Shown: in pieces, positions 1 to 10,274 of the stretch
Layout of the letters: every line of letters begins with the position of its first letter
Numbering within the stretch: position 1 is the stretch's first letter
From: a candidate division Zixibacteria bacterium RBG_16_53_22
GTDB taxonomy: Bacteria; Zixibacteria; MSB-5A5; UBA10806
Reading direction: 5' to 3'
DNA: 64,000 nucleotides
Assembly: GCA_001775395.1 (NCBI GenBank)
Contig: MEWP01000160.1
Coordinates: 266 to 64,265 of the forward strand
Notes under the pieces: model-generated
What the model was told of the DNA's origin: nothing
Seen by the model: the letters and a program-made list of their open reading frames with translations, nothing else
The model's database searches: none
Position numbers and translations under genes: made by a program

Positions 1-114
1 GCGCGAGTTCGGATTGATACGAATGTCCGCTGAGACCGCGATTTTATGCTCGAGGAGGATCGCGGTAAATTCGCTCAATTCGCGCTTTTCGTAACCTATG
101 GTGAAAATCAGCAT
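1..114 (-). CDS. DUF488-family protein, N-terminal part (runs off window start)
   Basis: Manual translation from ATG at 114: MLIFTIGYEKRELSEFTAILLEHKIAVSADIRINPNSR; TIGY...D(I/V)R..P.SR pattern of DUF488. Not in the ORF track. Confidence 0.7.
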   Translation of the reverse strand, partial: MLIFTIGYEKRELSEFTAILLEHKIAVSADIRINPNSR

Positions 115-355
115 GGCAAGTTATTAAGAACAATTGCCCCGGGAAGCAATTCTCCAATTTATTTTGCGCATAGACAACTATGTTAGTGGCTAAAGATATA
201 ATTCTCTGCGTCGAAATGCAATGCATTATCGTCGCTTTTGGTCTGCGACGAGCTTGCGAAGCGGGCAATACGTCAGAGTGCCGTTAACGCCGTAACAACT
301 TCCGATGGCGTGATATTTTCGATGCTCTACAGTCATAAAACAAAGCTCTTTTCGC

Positions 356-384
356 TTGACTCTTTCAGGCTCAAAATCTATTAT
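356..384 (+). promoter_or_regulatory. sigma70-type promoter of the tRNA pair
   Basis: TTGACT (356-361), 17-nt spacer, TATTAT (379-384), 16 nt before tRNA-Cys. Confidence 0.7.
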
Positions 385-400
385 CCTGCCGAGCATTCAG

Positions 401-472
401 GGCGGCTTAGCCAAGTGGTAAGGCGGAGGTCTGCAAAACCTCTATTCTCCGGTTCGAATCCGGAAGCCGCCT
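401..472 (+). tRNA. tRNA-Cys (GCA)
   Basis: Cloverleaf: acceptor GGCGGCT/AGCCGCC, anticodon loop CTGCAAA, T-loop TTCGAAT; CCA not encoded. Confidence 0.97.
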
Positions 473-495
473 TTTTTGAGCCTAATGTAATTAAT

Positions 496-584
496 GCCGG
501 AATGGCGGAACAGGAAGACGCAAGGGACTTAAAATCCCTCGGGCTTTGCGGCCCGTGCCGGTTCGATTCCGGCTTCCGGCACCA
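496..584 (+). tRNA. tRNA-Leu (TAA)
   Basis: Acceptor GCCGGAA/TTCCGGC, anticodon loop CTTAAAA, long variable arm, T-loop TTCGATT, encoded CCA. Confidence 0.97.
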
Positions 585-689
585 GATAACAACTGATCTC
601 CATCATAACTATCAGCGCAAATAATCCATAGTTTCGAGTCAAGCCCCGGCCTCGATTGTCGATAATATCATAGGCATGGCAAAGGTGAT

Positions 690-2006
690 GTGCAAACTGT
701 GTTATCATCGACAATAGATCCTCGCAACGGGGCGATTTCAGATCTCGAGGAACGCCTCTTGGAGCAGTCGGACAGGTTCGCCGAAGTGGCCCGGGTCGGC
801 ATGATGATCACCTCGTTGTTGGAGTTAAACAAGATTCTGCCGGTGGTGATGGAAACAGCCCTTCAAGTAGCCAAGGCCGAGGTGGGGCATATCCTGTTAT
901 TCGACGGGCGTTTGTTGTCGGATGCGCGTGTCTCCTGGGGCCTTTCCGGCAAGCTTGCCGACTCGATCCAAAGCGACAGCGGGGAATCACTCTGGGATTA
1001 CATTCAGTGCAATGGCAAGAGCCTCAATCTCGACTCGATCGAACAACGGAGTGATTGGAAGATCGACGACAATCTGACCCATGTCGATAATCTCGTGGCC
1101 GTGCCTCTCAAGACACAGGACCGCACGGTTGGGGCCATGGTAGTTGCCAACAAAATGGACGGGGGGCATTTTGGGCGGGATGACCTGTCGGCATTGGAGA
1201 TGCTGGGCAATTTTGCGGCGGTGGCGGTCGAAAATACCCTGCTTCACGAGCATATGCTGGTCAGGCAGAGAATGGAAACTGAGCTTGACCTGGCCCGCCA
1301 CGTGCAAAAAACCTTGATGCCCAAAAAGGTGGTTGACCTGGGCCGATTATCAATTGTGGCGCACAATCATATGGCGATGCAAGTCGGCGGGGATTTCTAT
1401 GACATTATCGAAATATCTCCGCACAAATATATCCTCATTGTAGCCGATGTTTCCAGCAAGGGGCTTCCGGCAGCTCTATTGATGACATCCACCAGAAGCC
1501 TGATACGCGCCTATGCCGACGAAACGCTCGACCTCGCCCGGTTGATAAGAAACGTAAATATCCAATTGTGCAAGGATTCCAATGAACTTCGCGGCATGTT
1601 TGTAACGCTGGTGGCGGTAATGATTGATTTCGACGACCAGGTCATCAGGTCGGTCAATGCCGGCCATCCACCGGCATTTCTGCGTTACTCCGATGGCGCC
1701 ATAAAGGAATTAAAAGTCGGCGGGCCGTTCCTGGGGCAATTCGATAACCTGGAATTCAAGCTGGAGAGCCATCCCCTGGCAAACGGCTGCAGGATATTCA
1801 TGTATACCGACGGCACATTTGAGGGGGTCGACGACCAGGGCAAAATGCTCGGATTGTCGAATCTGCGCGAGTTTTTTGCCGCTAACAGCCATTTGTCGTC
1901 GGAGCGTTTTATCGACCGATTGCGAGAGGTATTGGATAGATATTCGTGCGAAGCATCCGAGGCCGATGATACCACTTATCTGATTGCCGACGTGAGGCGG
2001 GCATGA
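690..2006 (+). CDS. GAF-domain SpoIIE/RsbU-family PP2C serine phosphatase
   Basis: GAF region (LVAVPL...VGAMVVANK) followed by VGGDFYD, ADVSSKG, NAGHPP, YTDG and DDTT motifs. Confidence 0.92.
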   Translation: MQTVLSSTIDPRNGAISDLEERLLEQSDRFAEVARVGMMITSLLELNKILPVVMETALQVAKAEVGHILLFDGRLLSDARVSWGLSGKLADSIQSDSGESLWDYIQCNGKSLNLDSIEQRSDWKIDDNLTHVDNLVAVPLKTQDRTVGAMVVANKMDGGHFGRDDLSALEMLGNFAAVAVENTLLHEHMLVRQRMETELDLARHVQKTLMPKKVVDLGRLSIVAHNHMAMQVGGDFYDIIEISPHKYILIVADVSSKGLPAALLMTSTRSLIRAYADETLDLARLIRNVNIQLCKDSNELRGMFVTLVAVMIDFDDQVIRSVNAGHPPAFLRYSDGAIKELKVGGPFLGQFDNLEFKLESHPLANGCRIFMYTDGTFEGVDDQGKMLGLSNLREFFAANSHLSSERFIDRLREVLDRYSCEASEADDTTYLIADVRRA

Positions 2007-2461
2007 GCAAGTTCACGTTCTCATTCCCCACTGCCGAGATATCGCTGCGGGTGGCCGACGACATATTCGGAGTCATCATCGATGCCCAGAATTTCGACCG
2101 CATGGAGCGTCACCGCCTGAAAGTGATTGTCTCGGAGCTATTCGTAAACGCCTACCTGCACGGCAATAAGGCCGACCCCGAAAAATGCATCGATGTCGTG
2201 CTGGAGATAGATGAATATAATTTCGTGGTCATAGTCAAGGATCGCGGCGACGGCTTAAGTCGGGAAAAGGTCAAGGCGCTCTCGCGCGCGATTGTGGACC
2301 ATCAAACCGAACATGGTCGAGGCTTTGGCCTGATGCACAGGCTGGGCGACAAAGTCGATTCGTTCAGGGATTCGGACGGCAGGTTCTGCGTGCGGGTGGC
2401 CAAGAGAATCAGGGTAGATAACAAGAACGGCCGTGTTGAATCACCGGCGAATCAGGAGTGA
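2003..2461 (+). CDS. Anti-sigma factor kinase, RsbW/SpoIIAB-like (HATPase_c)
   Basis: SELFVNAYLHG N-box, DRGDG, GRGFGL; overlaps both neighbours by 4 nt. Confidence 0.88.
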   Translation: MSKFTFSFPTAEISLRVADDIFGVIIDAQNFDRMERHRLKVIVSELFVNAYLHGNKADPEKCIDVVLEIDEYNFVVIVKDRGDGLSREKVKALSRAIVDHQTEHGRGFGLMHRLGDKVDSFRDSDGRFCVRVAKRIRVDNKNGRVESPANQE

Positions 2462-2817
2462 TGATGGAAATTTCCAGTCGAAATAACGGTGACGTGGCGA
2501 TACTTGAAATTTCCGGGCGGCTCGACCAAAACAGCGCCGGCAAATTGAAATCGGCCTGTCTCGAAATAGTGGCCCCCGGGAATTGCCAGTTGATAATCGG
2601 CATGTCGAGGCTGGAATTCATAAACAGTTCCGGTTTAGGGACGCTGGTTTCGATTCTCAAGGATGTCAGGACGAACAACGGCCATATGAAGCTTGTCAAC
2701 CTGCCGCCATTTGTCAGGGAGATATTCGAGATAACCCAATTGCGCAATATTTTCGATATCTGTAACGACGAGGCATGCGCCAGGCGCTCTTTCAACACGG
2801 CCCTGGTCAGCGATTGA
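2458..2817 (+). CDS. STAS anti-anti-sigma factor, RsbV/SpoIIAA-like
   Basis: ISGRLD, FINSSGLG phospho-Ser motif, REIFEITQL. Confidence 0.9.
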   Translation: MMMEISSRNNGDVAILEISGRLDQNSAGKLKSACLEIVAPGNCQLIIGMSRLEFINSSGLGTLVSILKDVRTNNGHMKLVNLPPFVREIFEITQLRNIFDICNDEACARRSFNTALVSD

Positions 2818-2871
2818 CGGCCGCGGAGTCGGGCGCAGGCGATTTGGAGTCGAGATATAAAAACCAAGAAG

Positions 2872-3453
2872 ATTGATTATGAGCAGGAGCAACTGCCTCG
2901 AATAAGTGAGCCAATCAGTTCCCGAGCCTCGATCCTCATCGTTGACGATGACCCGTTGGTCCTGGACCTGCTGAGCGAGTTGCTGGGCCACAGCGAATTC
3001 GCGATTGCCACAGCCTCATCGGGAGAAGAGGCCCTGGCCAAAATGAGGGCGATTCCGATCGACGTGGCCCTGGTCGATTTCAAGATGCCGGGGATCGATG
3101 GACTCGAGACAATCGAGAGAATCAGCGTCGTCGATCCCGAAATCGTCACTGTCATTATGACCGGCTTTCCCACACTCGACTCCTCCATAAGAGCCATCAA
3201 GCTCGGTGCCTCGGATTACCTGCTAAAGCCATTTAGGTTGGAGGAGGTCAATCTGGCAGTGGGCCGGGCTATTAAAGAGAGGGAGCTTCGCAGAGAAATG
3301 AGAAGTCTCCGCCGACGAGCAGCCGTGCTTGACAAAAGTACCGAAGGTAACAAGGACAATATCAAAATTAACCAGAAAGTGAATTCGACCTCAACCGCTT
3401 CTTTCCTTACTGCGCGCTCGGACCGTGAGCGAAATATTGATGATATGCGGTAA
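2872..3453 (+). CDS. Response regulator (receiver domain + short coiled-coil tail); start uncertain
   Basis: ILIVDDD lies upstream of the track start (TTG 2956); DFKMPGIDG, TG and KPF receiver motifs. Start placed provisionally at ATT 2872 (see findings). Confidence 0.8.
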   Translation: MDYEQEQLPRISEPISSRASILIVDDDPLVLDLLSELLGHSEFAIATASSGEEALAKMRAIPIDVALVDFKMPGIDGLETIERISVVDPEIVTVIMTGFPTLDSSIRAIKLGASDYLLKPFRLEEVNLAVGRAIKERELRREMRSLRRRAAVLDKSTEGNKDNIKINQKVNSTSTASFLTARSDRERNIDDMR

Positions 3454-3618
3454 CGCGATGCTTGAAAGAAGTTAATTTGCCGGCGTATTAGACATAATTC
3501 GCGAACCCATTGATAGTAATCGTCGGCCGGGCCGCCCCCGCTGATCAAAATATCAACACCTGCCTGCTTAGATTTCCATTGATAAAACGACCATCGATGT
3601 ATTAATATAAAGTCCATT

Positions 3619-4851
3619 ATGGATGGGCGTGAAAACGAGCTGGAAAAACTCGAGAAGCTGGCCGAGTCATTTTTGACCATGGGCGATTTCACCCAGATCA
3701 TGCGGGATTCGTATTCCCGGCTGGAATCGCAATACGAGGATGTCAATACGCGGCTGGCGCGCGTTAATGAGCTTCTGCGGCAATCGCTTTCCGAGCGAAA
3801 TCGCCTGGCGCATTATCTCCACAACATCCTCGAAAGTCTCGACACGGGAGTTATCGTAACCGACCAGGCCGGCCGAATTAATGTATTCAATTCGGCGGCG
3901 CGGAAATATACCGGAATCGAGCCCGCCGACGCCCTTGGACGGAACTTACACGATATTATCGATATAGGCAAGGCAAGGTCCGATGAAGCCTCTCGGCTGG
4001 CCGCGGGAGAATCGATTTCCGGCGAAATTCTGCTGCGCCCGACCGATGGGACGAGTATCGCGGCCGCCTTTTCGATTACCCGGCTCAGAGAGGCCGGATC
4101 GGCTGCCCAATCAGGATCGGTGCTGATTCTCTATGATCTCACCGAAATAAAGAGACTTCAGGATAACCTGAAGCGGGTCTCGACCCTGGCAGCGCTCGGC
4201 GAAATGGCGGCCACGGTGGCGCACGAAATCCGGAACCCGCTTGCCGGAATTTCCGGTTTCACGGCTCTGCTGTTGAGAGATGTCGAGCCTGGCAATGAGG
4301 TCAGGCGGCTGGTGGAGAAAATCAACGAGGGCGTCAAATCGCTTAATTCGATTGTCGGAAGTCTGCTGGACTACACCCGCAATGTCTACCCCGAGATGGT
4401 CGAGACCGATCCGATTAAAATTGTGGAAAACGCCATTTGCGACATAAAGACGGAGCCGGAATCTCAAAACCAGGTATTCGAGGTCAAGGTCGGTTCTCGG
4501 CGCTTGAAAGCCGTCCTCGACCCTCAACTATTCAGGCTGGTAGTATTAAACTTGCTCAAGAATGCTATTCAGGCCTGCCCCGCGGGAGGGAAAATCAAAA
4601 TATGCCTGAATCGAACGAAAGCCGGCGCGCTGCAGATTTCAGTCGAGGATGAAGGCCCCGGCATATCCGACCTGGCCCGGGAAAAGATATTCGAACCGTT
4701 TTTCACCACCAAGGCAAATGGAACAGGCCTGGGGCTGGCTACAGTCAAAAAATTGACCGAGCTTCACGGGGGTCGAGTAACGGCGGAAAACAGGCCCGGC
4801 GGGGGCGCAGTATTTACAATTGAGATTCCGGATTCGGTCAGGGGTGATTAG
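3619..4851 (+). CDS. Cytoplasmic PAS sensor histidine kinase, FleS/FlgS-like
   Basis: N-terminal coiled coil, PAS, H-box AHEIRNPL, N-box NLLKNA, DEGPG, FFTTK, GTGLGL; no TM helix. Confidence 0.9.
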   Translation: MDGRENELEKLEKLAESFLTMGDFTQIMRDSYSRLESQYEDVNTRLARVNELLRQSLSERNRLAHYLHNILESLDTGVIVTDQAGRINVFNSAARKYTGIEPADALGRNLHDIIDIGKARSDEASRLAAGESISGEILLRPTDGTSIAAAFSITRLREAGSAAQSGSVLILYDLTEIKRLQDNLKRVSTLAALGEMAATVAHEIRNPLAGISGFTALLLRDVEPGNEVRRLVEKINEGVKSLNSIVGSLLDYTRNVYPEMVETDPIKIVENAICDIKTEPESQNQVFEVKVGSRRLKAVLDPQLFRLVVLNLLKNAIQACPAGGKIKICLNRTKAGALQISVEDEGPGISDLAREKIFEPFFTTKANGTGLGLATVKKLTELHGGRVTAENRPGGGAVFTIEIPDSVRGD

Positions 4852-4852
4852 T

Positions 4853-6205
4853 TTGAAGCATAGAATTCTCATAGTCGATGATGAAGCGATAGTGCGCGAT
4901 TTCATATCGGAGGTGCTGATCCGCATGGGATACGCGCCCCTGGCGGTTGAGGACGGCCAGAAAGCGCTCGATTATCTTCGGCGCGGCGAATTCGATATCG
5001 TAATAACCGACATGAAAATGCCCGGCATCTCGGGAATTGATCTTCTCAAGCAAACATTGGGATTATGGCCCGATTGCCGGGTGATAATCATCACTGCTTT
5101 CGGAACCATCGAGCAGGCGGTAGGCGCCATGAAATTGGGCGCCCATGATTATATCACCAAGCCCATAAGCCCCGACCATATCGAAATGGTAGTCGCGAAG
5201 GCTCTGGAATACAAGACTCTGAAACTGGAGAACCGGGTCTTAAGACGCGAGATCAGCGAAAAGTATTCATTCGAGAATATAATCGGCAAGGCCTCCTCGA
5301 TGAAGAAGGTGTTCGAGCTAATCCAGCGGGCCAGCCCGTCCGACTCCACGATTCTAATCAGCGGCGAATCGGGCACCGGCAAGGAGCTGGTAGCCAAGGC
5401 GATTCATTATAATTCACCGAGGGCGGGGGGGCCGTTTATCAAAATGAATTGCGCGGCGCTTCCCGAGGGGCTGATAGAGTCGGAACTATTCGGGCATGAG
5501 AAAGGGGCGTTCACCGGAGCCATCAGAGCCACTCGCGGACGATTTGAACTGGCGGATGGCGGAACTCTGCTGCTGGACGAGATTTCCGAGATACCGCCGT
5601 CGCTGCAGGCCAAGCTCTTGCGCGTGCTTCAGGAGAAAGAGTTTGAGCGGATTGGCTCGGGCCAGACAATTAAAACCAATGTCAGGGTGATCGCTACCTC
5701 CAACAGAGACCTGAAAGATGAAGTGGGGCGCGGTAATTTCCGGGATGATCTTTTTTATCGGCTTAATGTCATTCCGATAGATCTTCCACCCCTGAGGCAG
5801 AGAAACGAGGATATCCCCCTGTTGTGCGAATATTTTCTCGACAAATTTGCCCAGAAATTGGGGATTCCCGCCAAGGCGCTTTCGGACAAAACGATGGGGT
5901 TATTGTTGGCTTATCAATGGCCCGGCAATGTCCGAGAATTGGAAAACGTGATCGAACGGGCCACGGTGATATCGAAAAACCAGGAGCTGAAGCCATCGGA
6001 TCTGCCATCGGAGGTTTCCTCGGGCGTGCCTGATTTTCCTCGCGGCGGACTCGAGGCAGGTATCACTATCGATGGCGCCGAAAAGATGCTGATATTGAAA
6101 ACGCTGAAGGCCCACGGCGGCAATAAAACCAAAGCGGCCGAGGTATTGGGCATTTCAACCAGAACTCTTCGGAATAAGCTTCAGGAATACGGATTTTCGG
6201 AATAA
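4853..6205 (+). CDS. sigma-54-dependent response regulator (NtrC family; FleR/AtoC-like)
   Basis: Receiver, GESGTGKE, GAFTGA, LLDEI, WPGNVREL, Fis HTH (LGISTRTLRNKL); likely TTG start 4853. Confidence 0.93.
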   Translation: MKHRILIVDDEAIVRDFISEVLIRMGYAPLAVEDGQKALDYLRRGEFDIVITDMKMPGISGIDLLKQTLGLWPDCRVIIITAFGTIEQAVGAMKLGAHDYITKPISPDHIEMVVAKALEYKTLKLENRVLRREISEKYSFENIIGKASSMKKVFELIQRASPSDSTILISGESGTGKELVAKAIHYNSPRAGGPFIKMNCAALPEGLIESELFGHEKGAFTGAIRATRGRFELADGGTLLLDEISEIPPSLQAKLLRVLQEKEFERIGSGQTIKTNVRVIATSNRDLKDEVGRGNFRDDLFYRLNVIPIDLPPLRQRNEDIPLLCEYFLDKFAQKLGIPAKALSDKTMGLLLAYQWPGNVRELENVIERATVISKNQELKPSDLPSEVSSGVPDFPRGGLEAGITIDGAEKMLILKTLKAHGGNKTKAAEVLGISTRTLRNKLQEYGFSE

Positions 6206-6472
6206 GCATTTTGGCCGCGACTCCGGTTCATAAATTGAATGGTGACAACTTATCTCCGACCTGCAAACAGCTTATCTTTTCATAGCCATTGAATTGCAGC
6301 CTCGCTTTCTCCTATCTTGACCCCCGCCTGATGCCCTTCATGCGGCAATTTCAGCCTCAATATAGAAAGTAATTTGCATTAAGGGTCGTGTGTGGGGGCA
6401 CGCGATGACATTAGTGATGATTCCAATGGTCTGGTTATTTTAAATTCATTACGATATATTAATGCCTGCCTT

Positions 6473-8119
6473 ATGATAAATGCGAAAGACATAGTCGTAC
6501 GGTATCAGTCCGACGGTAAAGTAGTCGAGGCTCTCGGCTCGGTTTCGCTGAATATCGGTGAGGGTGAATATGTCGCCATGCTTGGTCCTAACGGATCAGG
6601 CAAGTCGACATTTCTGCGAGCGCTTTGTGGATTAGTCGACATTGCCGGCGGGGAAGTGACTATTCTCGGCAAGACGGCCGCATTCGGCTCGTTCAGCGAT
6701 TCTCTTTTCGGGCGAGTGGGTGTCGTATTCCAGGAGCCTGAGGGGCAATTCGTCATGCGCGATGCTGGAACGGAAATCGAGATGCTTCTTCAGAATCTGG
6801 GTATTCCGCACGATGAGCAAGAAGGACTATTTGAGCAAATAGTGAACGAATTCGAGCTTGGTCCGTTGCTGAAACGAAAACCGGAGTCGCTTTCCGGAGG
6901 CCAGATGCAGTTGGTCAACCTCGCTTGCGCCCTGGCCGGCGGCGCTCGCGTCCTGTTGCTGGATGAGCCGACAACTTTTCTCGATCAAACCTGGCGCGAA
7001 AAATTCCTTTCGCTTCTGGATAAACTCAGCGGAGATGGTCTTACCATACTTCATATCACGCAATATCCTGATGAGGCGGCGCGGGCGAGGAGGATTTGCC
7101 TGCTTGATCGCGGCCAACTCGCATTCGACGGCCAACCGGATGATATATTCTCCGATGAGAACCTCCTTTCACGGCTTCGACTCACAGCGCCGATCCGCCG
7201 GCAATTCGCCGGCGTTTTTGGCTTCGATGTCTCCGACATAGGCAAAGCGGCTGATTTCGCCAATAGCTTGAACCGTGAACCTGCCGAGCCGAACCAATTT
7301 TGCCATGTCGGGGAGGCCGTGATCACGGTTTCCGAGATGAGCTATTCTTATCGAACGAGCGGATTTGGAATTAGGGTCGAGCGCCTGGAACTCTATACAA
7401 GCGAGATTGTCGGGCTTGTGGGGCCGACCGGCTCCGGTAAATCGACTCTGGCATTCTTGCTGGCGGGGCTGCTAAAGCCGGCCCAGGGTATAATCAATAT
7501 CAACGGCCGTCGGGCAGAAGATTGCGAGGCGGCAAAGCTTCGGCGTCCAATCGGTTTATCCTGGCAATTGGCCGATTTAGCCCTGATCGGACCGACCGTT
7601 GAGGATGATGTCAGATTCGGCCTGGAAGATAAAGAGGTCGATACACGGAATATCCTGGAACTGGTCGGGCTGGAGGGTTTCGAAGGCAGGATAGTCGATT
7701 CGCTTTCGGGAGGGGAAAAGCGGAAATTATCGCTGGCCTCGATTCTGGTGGCTGGACCGAGTTTATTAATTCTGGATGAGCCGTCGGCATTTCTGGATCC
7801 CGGCTCTCAGGCTGAGCTTATCGGCATCTTGCGCAAGATCGCCCGGCAAGGACATGGTATAGTCATAATCGGGCACGACTTGCATTTTATATCCGAGTTG
7901 GCCGACAGGGTATTGGGCATGAAAGATGGAAGAATCGTCATTGACGTGTCATCAAGCGAGTTTTTCTCCAGCCCGGATTATCTTGAAATGCTCGGCTTGC
8001 CCTCGAATTCCATCGTCGATTTTAGAAGAATGCTGGTCGGACGCGGCATAACGTTGTCGAGCGGGACCCTGAATGTATATGAAATGGCCCGTCAATTGGG
8101 GTTGGCACGAGCTACTTGA
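6473..8119 (+). CDS. ECF transporter ATPase with two fused ABC domains (EcfA-A')
   Basis: Two Walker A motifs (GPNGSGKS, GPTGSGKS), LSGG signatures, LDEP; VFQ.P Q-loop typical of EcfA/CbiO; likely start ATG 6473. Confidence 0.88.
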   Translation: MINAKDIVVRYQSDGKVVEALGSVSLNIGEGEYVAMLGPNGSGKSTFLRALCGLVDIAGGEVTILGKTAAFGSFSDSLFGRVGVVFQEPEGQFVMRDAGTEIEMLLQNLGIPHDEQEGLFEQIVNEFELGPLLKRKPESLSGGQMQLVNLACALAGGARVLLLDEPTTFLDQTWREKFLSLLDKLSGDGLTILHITQYPDEAARARRICLLDRGQLAFDGQPDDIFSDENLLSRLRLTAPIRRQFAGVFGFDVSDIGKAADFANSLNREPAEPNQFCHVGEAVITVSEMSYSYRTSGFGIRVERLELYTSEIVGLVGPTGSGKSTLAFLLAGLLKPAQGIININGRRAEDCEAAKLRRPIGLSWQLADLALIGPTVEDDVRFGLEDKEVDTRNILELVGLEGFEGRIVDSLSGGEKRKLSLASILVAGPSLLILDEPSAFLDPGSQAELIGILRKIARQGHGIVIIGHDLHFISELADRVLGMKDGRIVIDVSSSEFFSSPDYLEMLGLPSNSIVDFRRMLVGRGITLSSGTLNVYEMARQLGLARAT

Positions 8120-9392
8120 CCTCGCCGGCGGCCTCGGGCATGATGGTCATGCCCAATTTTTTGCGGGGCTCTTTCAATTTAACAGAGATAACGATCGATA
8201 CCAGCGTGGTGAAACAAACTATGAAAAAGATGATCCTCAGCGAGAACACCTGACCCAACAAGCCTCCGAGCGCCGAGAAGAAAACAGTTGGAGCTATCAG
8301 AGTGTGCATCAGGCCGATAGACAGAAGCCGTCCCCGCTCCGGCAGGAATTCGAGCAGATAATTAAAGTAACCCATCCCGATACCGGATTCGGCCATTCCC
8401 AAGAGCAGGAAAACCGCCGAGAAGGCGAACGGGCTGATATGGGCAAATGAGACCACAAAAGCCAGAAGCGGCGGGGCCAGACTGGCTGCGCCGGCGAATA
8501 TAATTACCTTTCTGTTAGAGACATGATTCGAGAGCCAGGCCCACAAGGCGTTGGAGGCCAGGAAGCCGACCATTTCGGCAGTCAGGTATATGCCGGCCGT
8601 CGATTCCGAGGCCCCCAGCCTGCTTATGGCGAATACTACGTAAAAAGGAAGCGCCAGGAATATCGTATTGATGAAAAGGCGCGACCAGAACAAAAGCCTG
8701 AAATTTCCGTTTGTTCTAAAAACCGCCCAAGCCGATCTCAATTGCTGTGAAAACGGAGCCTTATCGACCAGATGCCGGGACTCGGGTTCCCTGACATAGG
8801 CGAAAGTAATCAGGCCCAGGAGCATCAATAACCAGGCGGAAATATATATGTAGCCGAAATTATATGGGAATGGATAAGTGCTGATTATCCTCCTTACAAA
8901 TATGCCCTCGACAGCCGCCAGTGAGCCACCGATAAACATGCGCAATCCGAAATAACTTCCCCGCTTGTTGACAGGTATCGTCTTGCCGACAATTTCGGTA
9001 AAAGCGACACCCGCGAATCCGGCCGCAATGGAAAGGGAGCCGAAACTAATCGAAAATGAGAGCAGGATGGCATTTGGATTATTGCTGAATAAGAAGATAC
9101 CGCCGATCGCCAGGCCGAAAAAGCCGAGTCTCAGAAAAGACAGGCTATTGTAAAATGACATCATGCGAGATCGGTGTGCGATGAAGGCCGCCGCGAAAAG
9201 CTGAGGAAAAAACCATCCGAAACTCTCCAACGTGGAGAAAAGACCGATCAGCACTTTCGACTCAGTCAATTGGGAGATGAAAACCGGTAAGATAGTGGAG
9301 CCCGACAAAAAGGCCAGCGCGGCGTTGAAAAGCGCGCCGTTTAATACTCCCAGGCCAAAATTGCGCCTGAAGTTCTTATCCGTAATAGGCAC
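8112..9392 (-). CDS. MFS transporter
   Basis: 426 aa with about 12 hydrophobic segments; KTIPVNKRGSYFG loop. Confidence 0.8.
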   Translation of the reverse strand: MPITDKNFRRNFGLGVLNGALFNAALAFLSGSTILPVFISQLTESKVLIGLFSTLESFGWFFPQLFAAAFIAHRSRMMSFYNSLSFLRLGFFGLAIGGIFLFSNNPNAILLSFSISFGSLSIAAGFAGVAFTEIVGKTIPVNKRGSYFGLRMFIGGSLAAVEGIFVRRIISTYPFPYNFGYIYISAWLLMLLGLITFAYVREPESRHLVDKAPFSQQLRSAWAVFRTNGNFRLLFWSRLFINTIFLALPFYVVFAISRLGASESTAGIYLTAEMVGFLASNALWAWLSNHVSNRKVIIFAGAASLAPPLLAFVVSFAHISPFAFSAVFLLLGMAESGIGMGYFNYLLEFLPERGRLLSIGLMHTLIAPTVFFSALGGLLGQVFSLRIIFFIVCFTTLVSIVISVKLKEPRKKLGMTIMPEAAGEVK

Positions 9393-9500
9393 GGTGGCTA
9401 AAGATATGATAGCCGCGGCGTCCGGGCAAGCGGTAAACGGATATTGCGATGAGCGCTATAGGGGCTTGAAAGTTAAGGATTTATATATTATCATGGCGGC

Positions 9501-10274
9501 ATGCAGAGCGGCTCAAGATCGGTCTCGACATACAGAATCGGCGGGGGAGCTGTTTCAATGTTCCTGCTTTCGATGTGCATGGCATTGGCGGCAGTATTTT
9601 CCCGGGATTATTTATTCGTATCGCTCCTGATCATGCTGAGCATGGCGGCCCTTGCGTTCACCGGCCAGAGATTTGACGGCATTGCGAAAGTGGGCCGGTA
9701 TTCGATTTTATTGGCAGCGTTTGTATTCCTGCTGCATCTGTTCTCGCATCGAGGCCAGGTCATTTTCCATGTGTGGATTTTCGCGGCCACTATCGAGGGC
9801 GCCCGGGCCGGGCTCCTCTATGGATTGAAATTACTATCATTTACTTTTTCCGGCTACCTGATTTTCGCGGCTGTCGATCCTTTCGATCTGATTTACCCCC
9901 TCGAGCGGATAGCCCGCCATCTCGGGCCGCTCGGCAGGCATCTGGCCGCGGCGGCGATGGCATTCTACCTGGCGATGAGGTTCATTCCGGAGCTGATTGA
10001 ACGCGGCCGGTTGACCGCCATGGCCATGCGGTCGCGCGGGGTCGACCATAAGGGCGGATTGAGACAGAAAGCGAGATTCTCCCTTTTCCTGATCGCTCCC
10101 TTATTTGCAGGGGCCATAAAGAAAGCGAGCCTGATCGCCCTGGCGCTCGATATTAAAGGTTACGGCACAAGATTATACCGGGCGAGATTTCGGCCGATGC
10201 GGTTGAACCCGGCCGGCGCGGCGATTCTGGCGCTTGCGGTGAGCGTATTGATTGGAGGGTTTTTGACGGCATGA
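9501..10274 (+). CDS. ecfT: ECF transporter transmembrane component EcfT/CbiQ
   Basis: AMRFIPEL...AMRSRG coupling-helix motif; directly upstream of truA. Confidence 0.85.
   Translation: MQSGSRSVSTYRIGGGAVSMFLLSMCMALAAVFSRDYLFVSLLIMLSMAALAFTGQRFDGIAKVGRYSILLAAFVFLLHLFSHRGQVIFHVWIFAATIEGARAGLLYGLKLLSFTFSGYLIFAAVDPFDLIYPLERIARHLGPLGRHLAAAAMAFYLAMRFIPELIERGRLTAMAMRSRGVDHKGGLRQKARFSLFLIAPLFAGAIKKASLIALALDIKGYGTRLYRARFRPMRLNPAGAAILALAVSVLIGGFLTA

Noticed and set aside
238..624. 128-aa plus-strand ORF
   Set aside because: Overlaps both tRNA genes and their promoter; no protein motif.
401..700. Genomic island integrated at the tRNA genes
   Set aside because: No integrase and no duplicated tRNA 3' end seen in the window.
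2815..2860. Selenocysteine recoding of the STAS TGA
   Set aside because: No convincing SECIS hairpin downstream, and the position is not a catalytic Cys equivalent.
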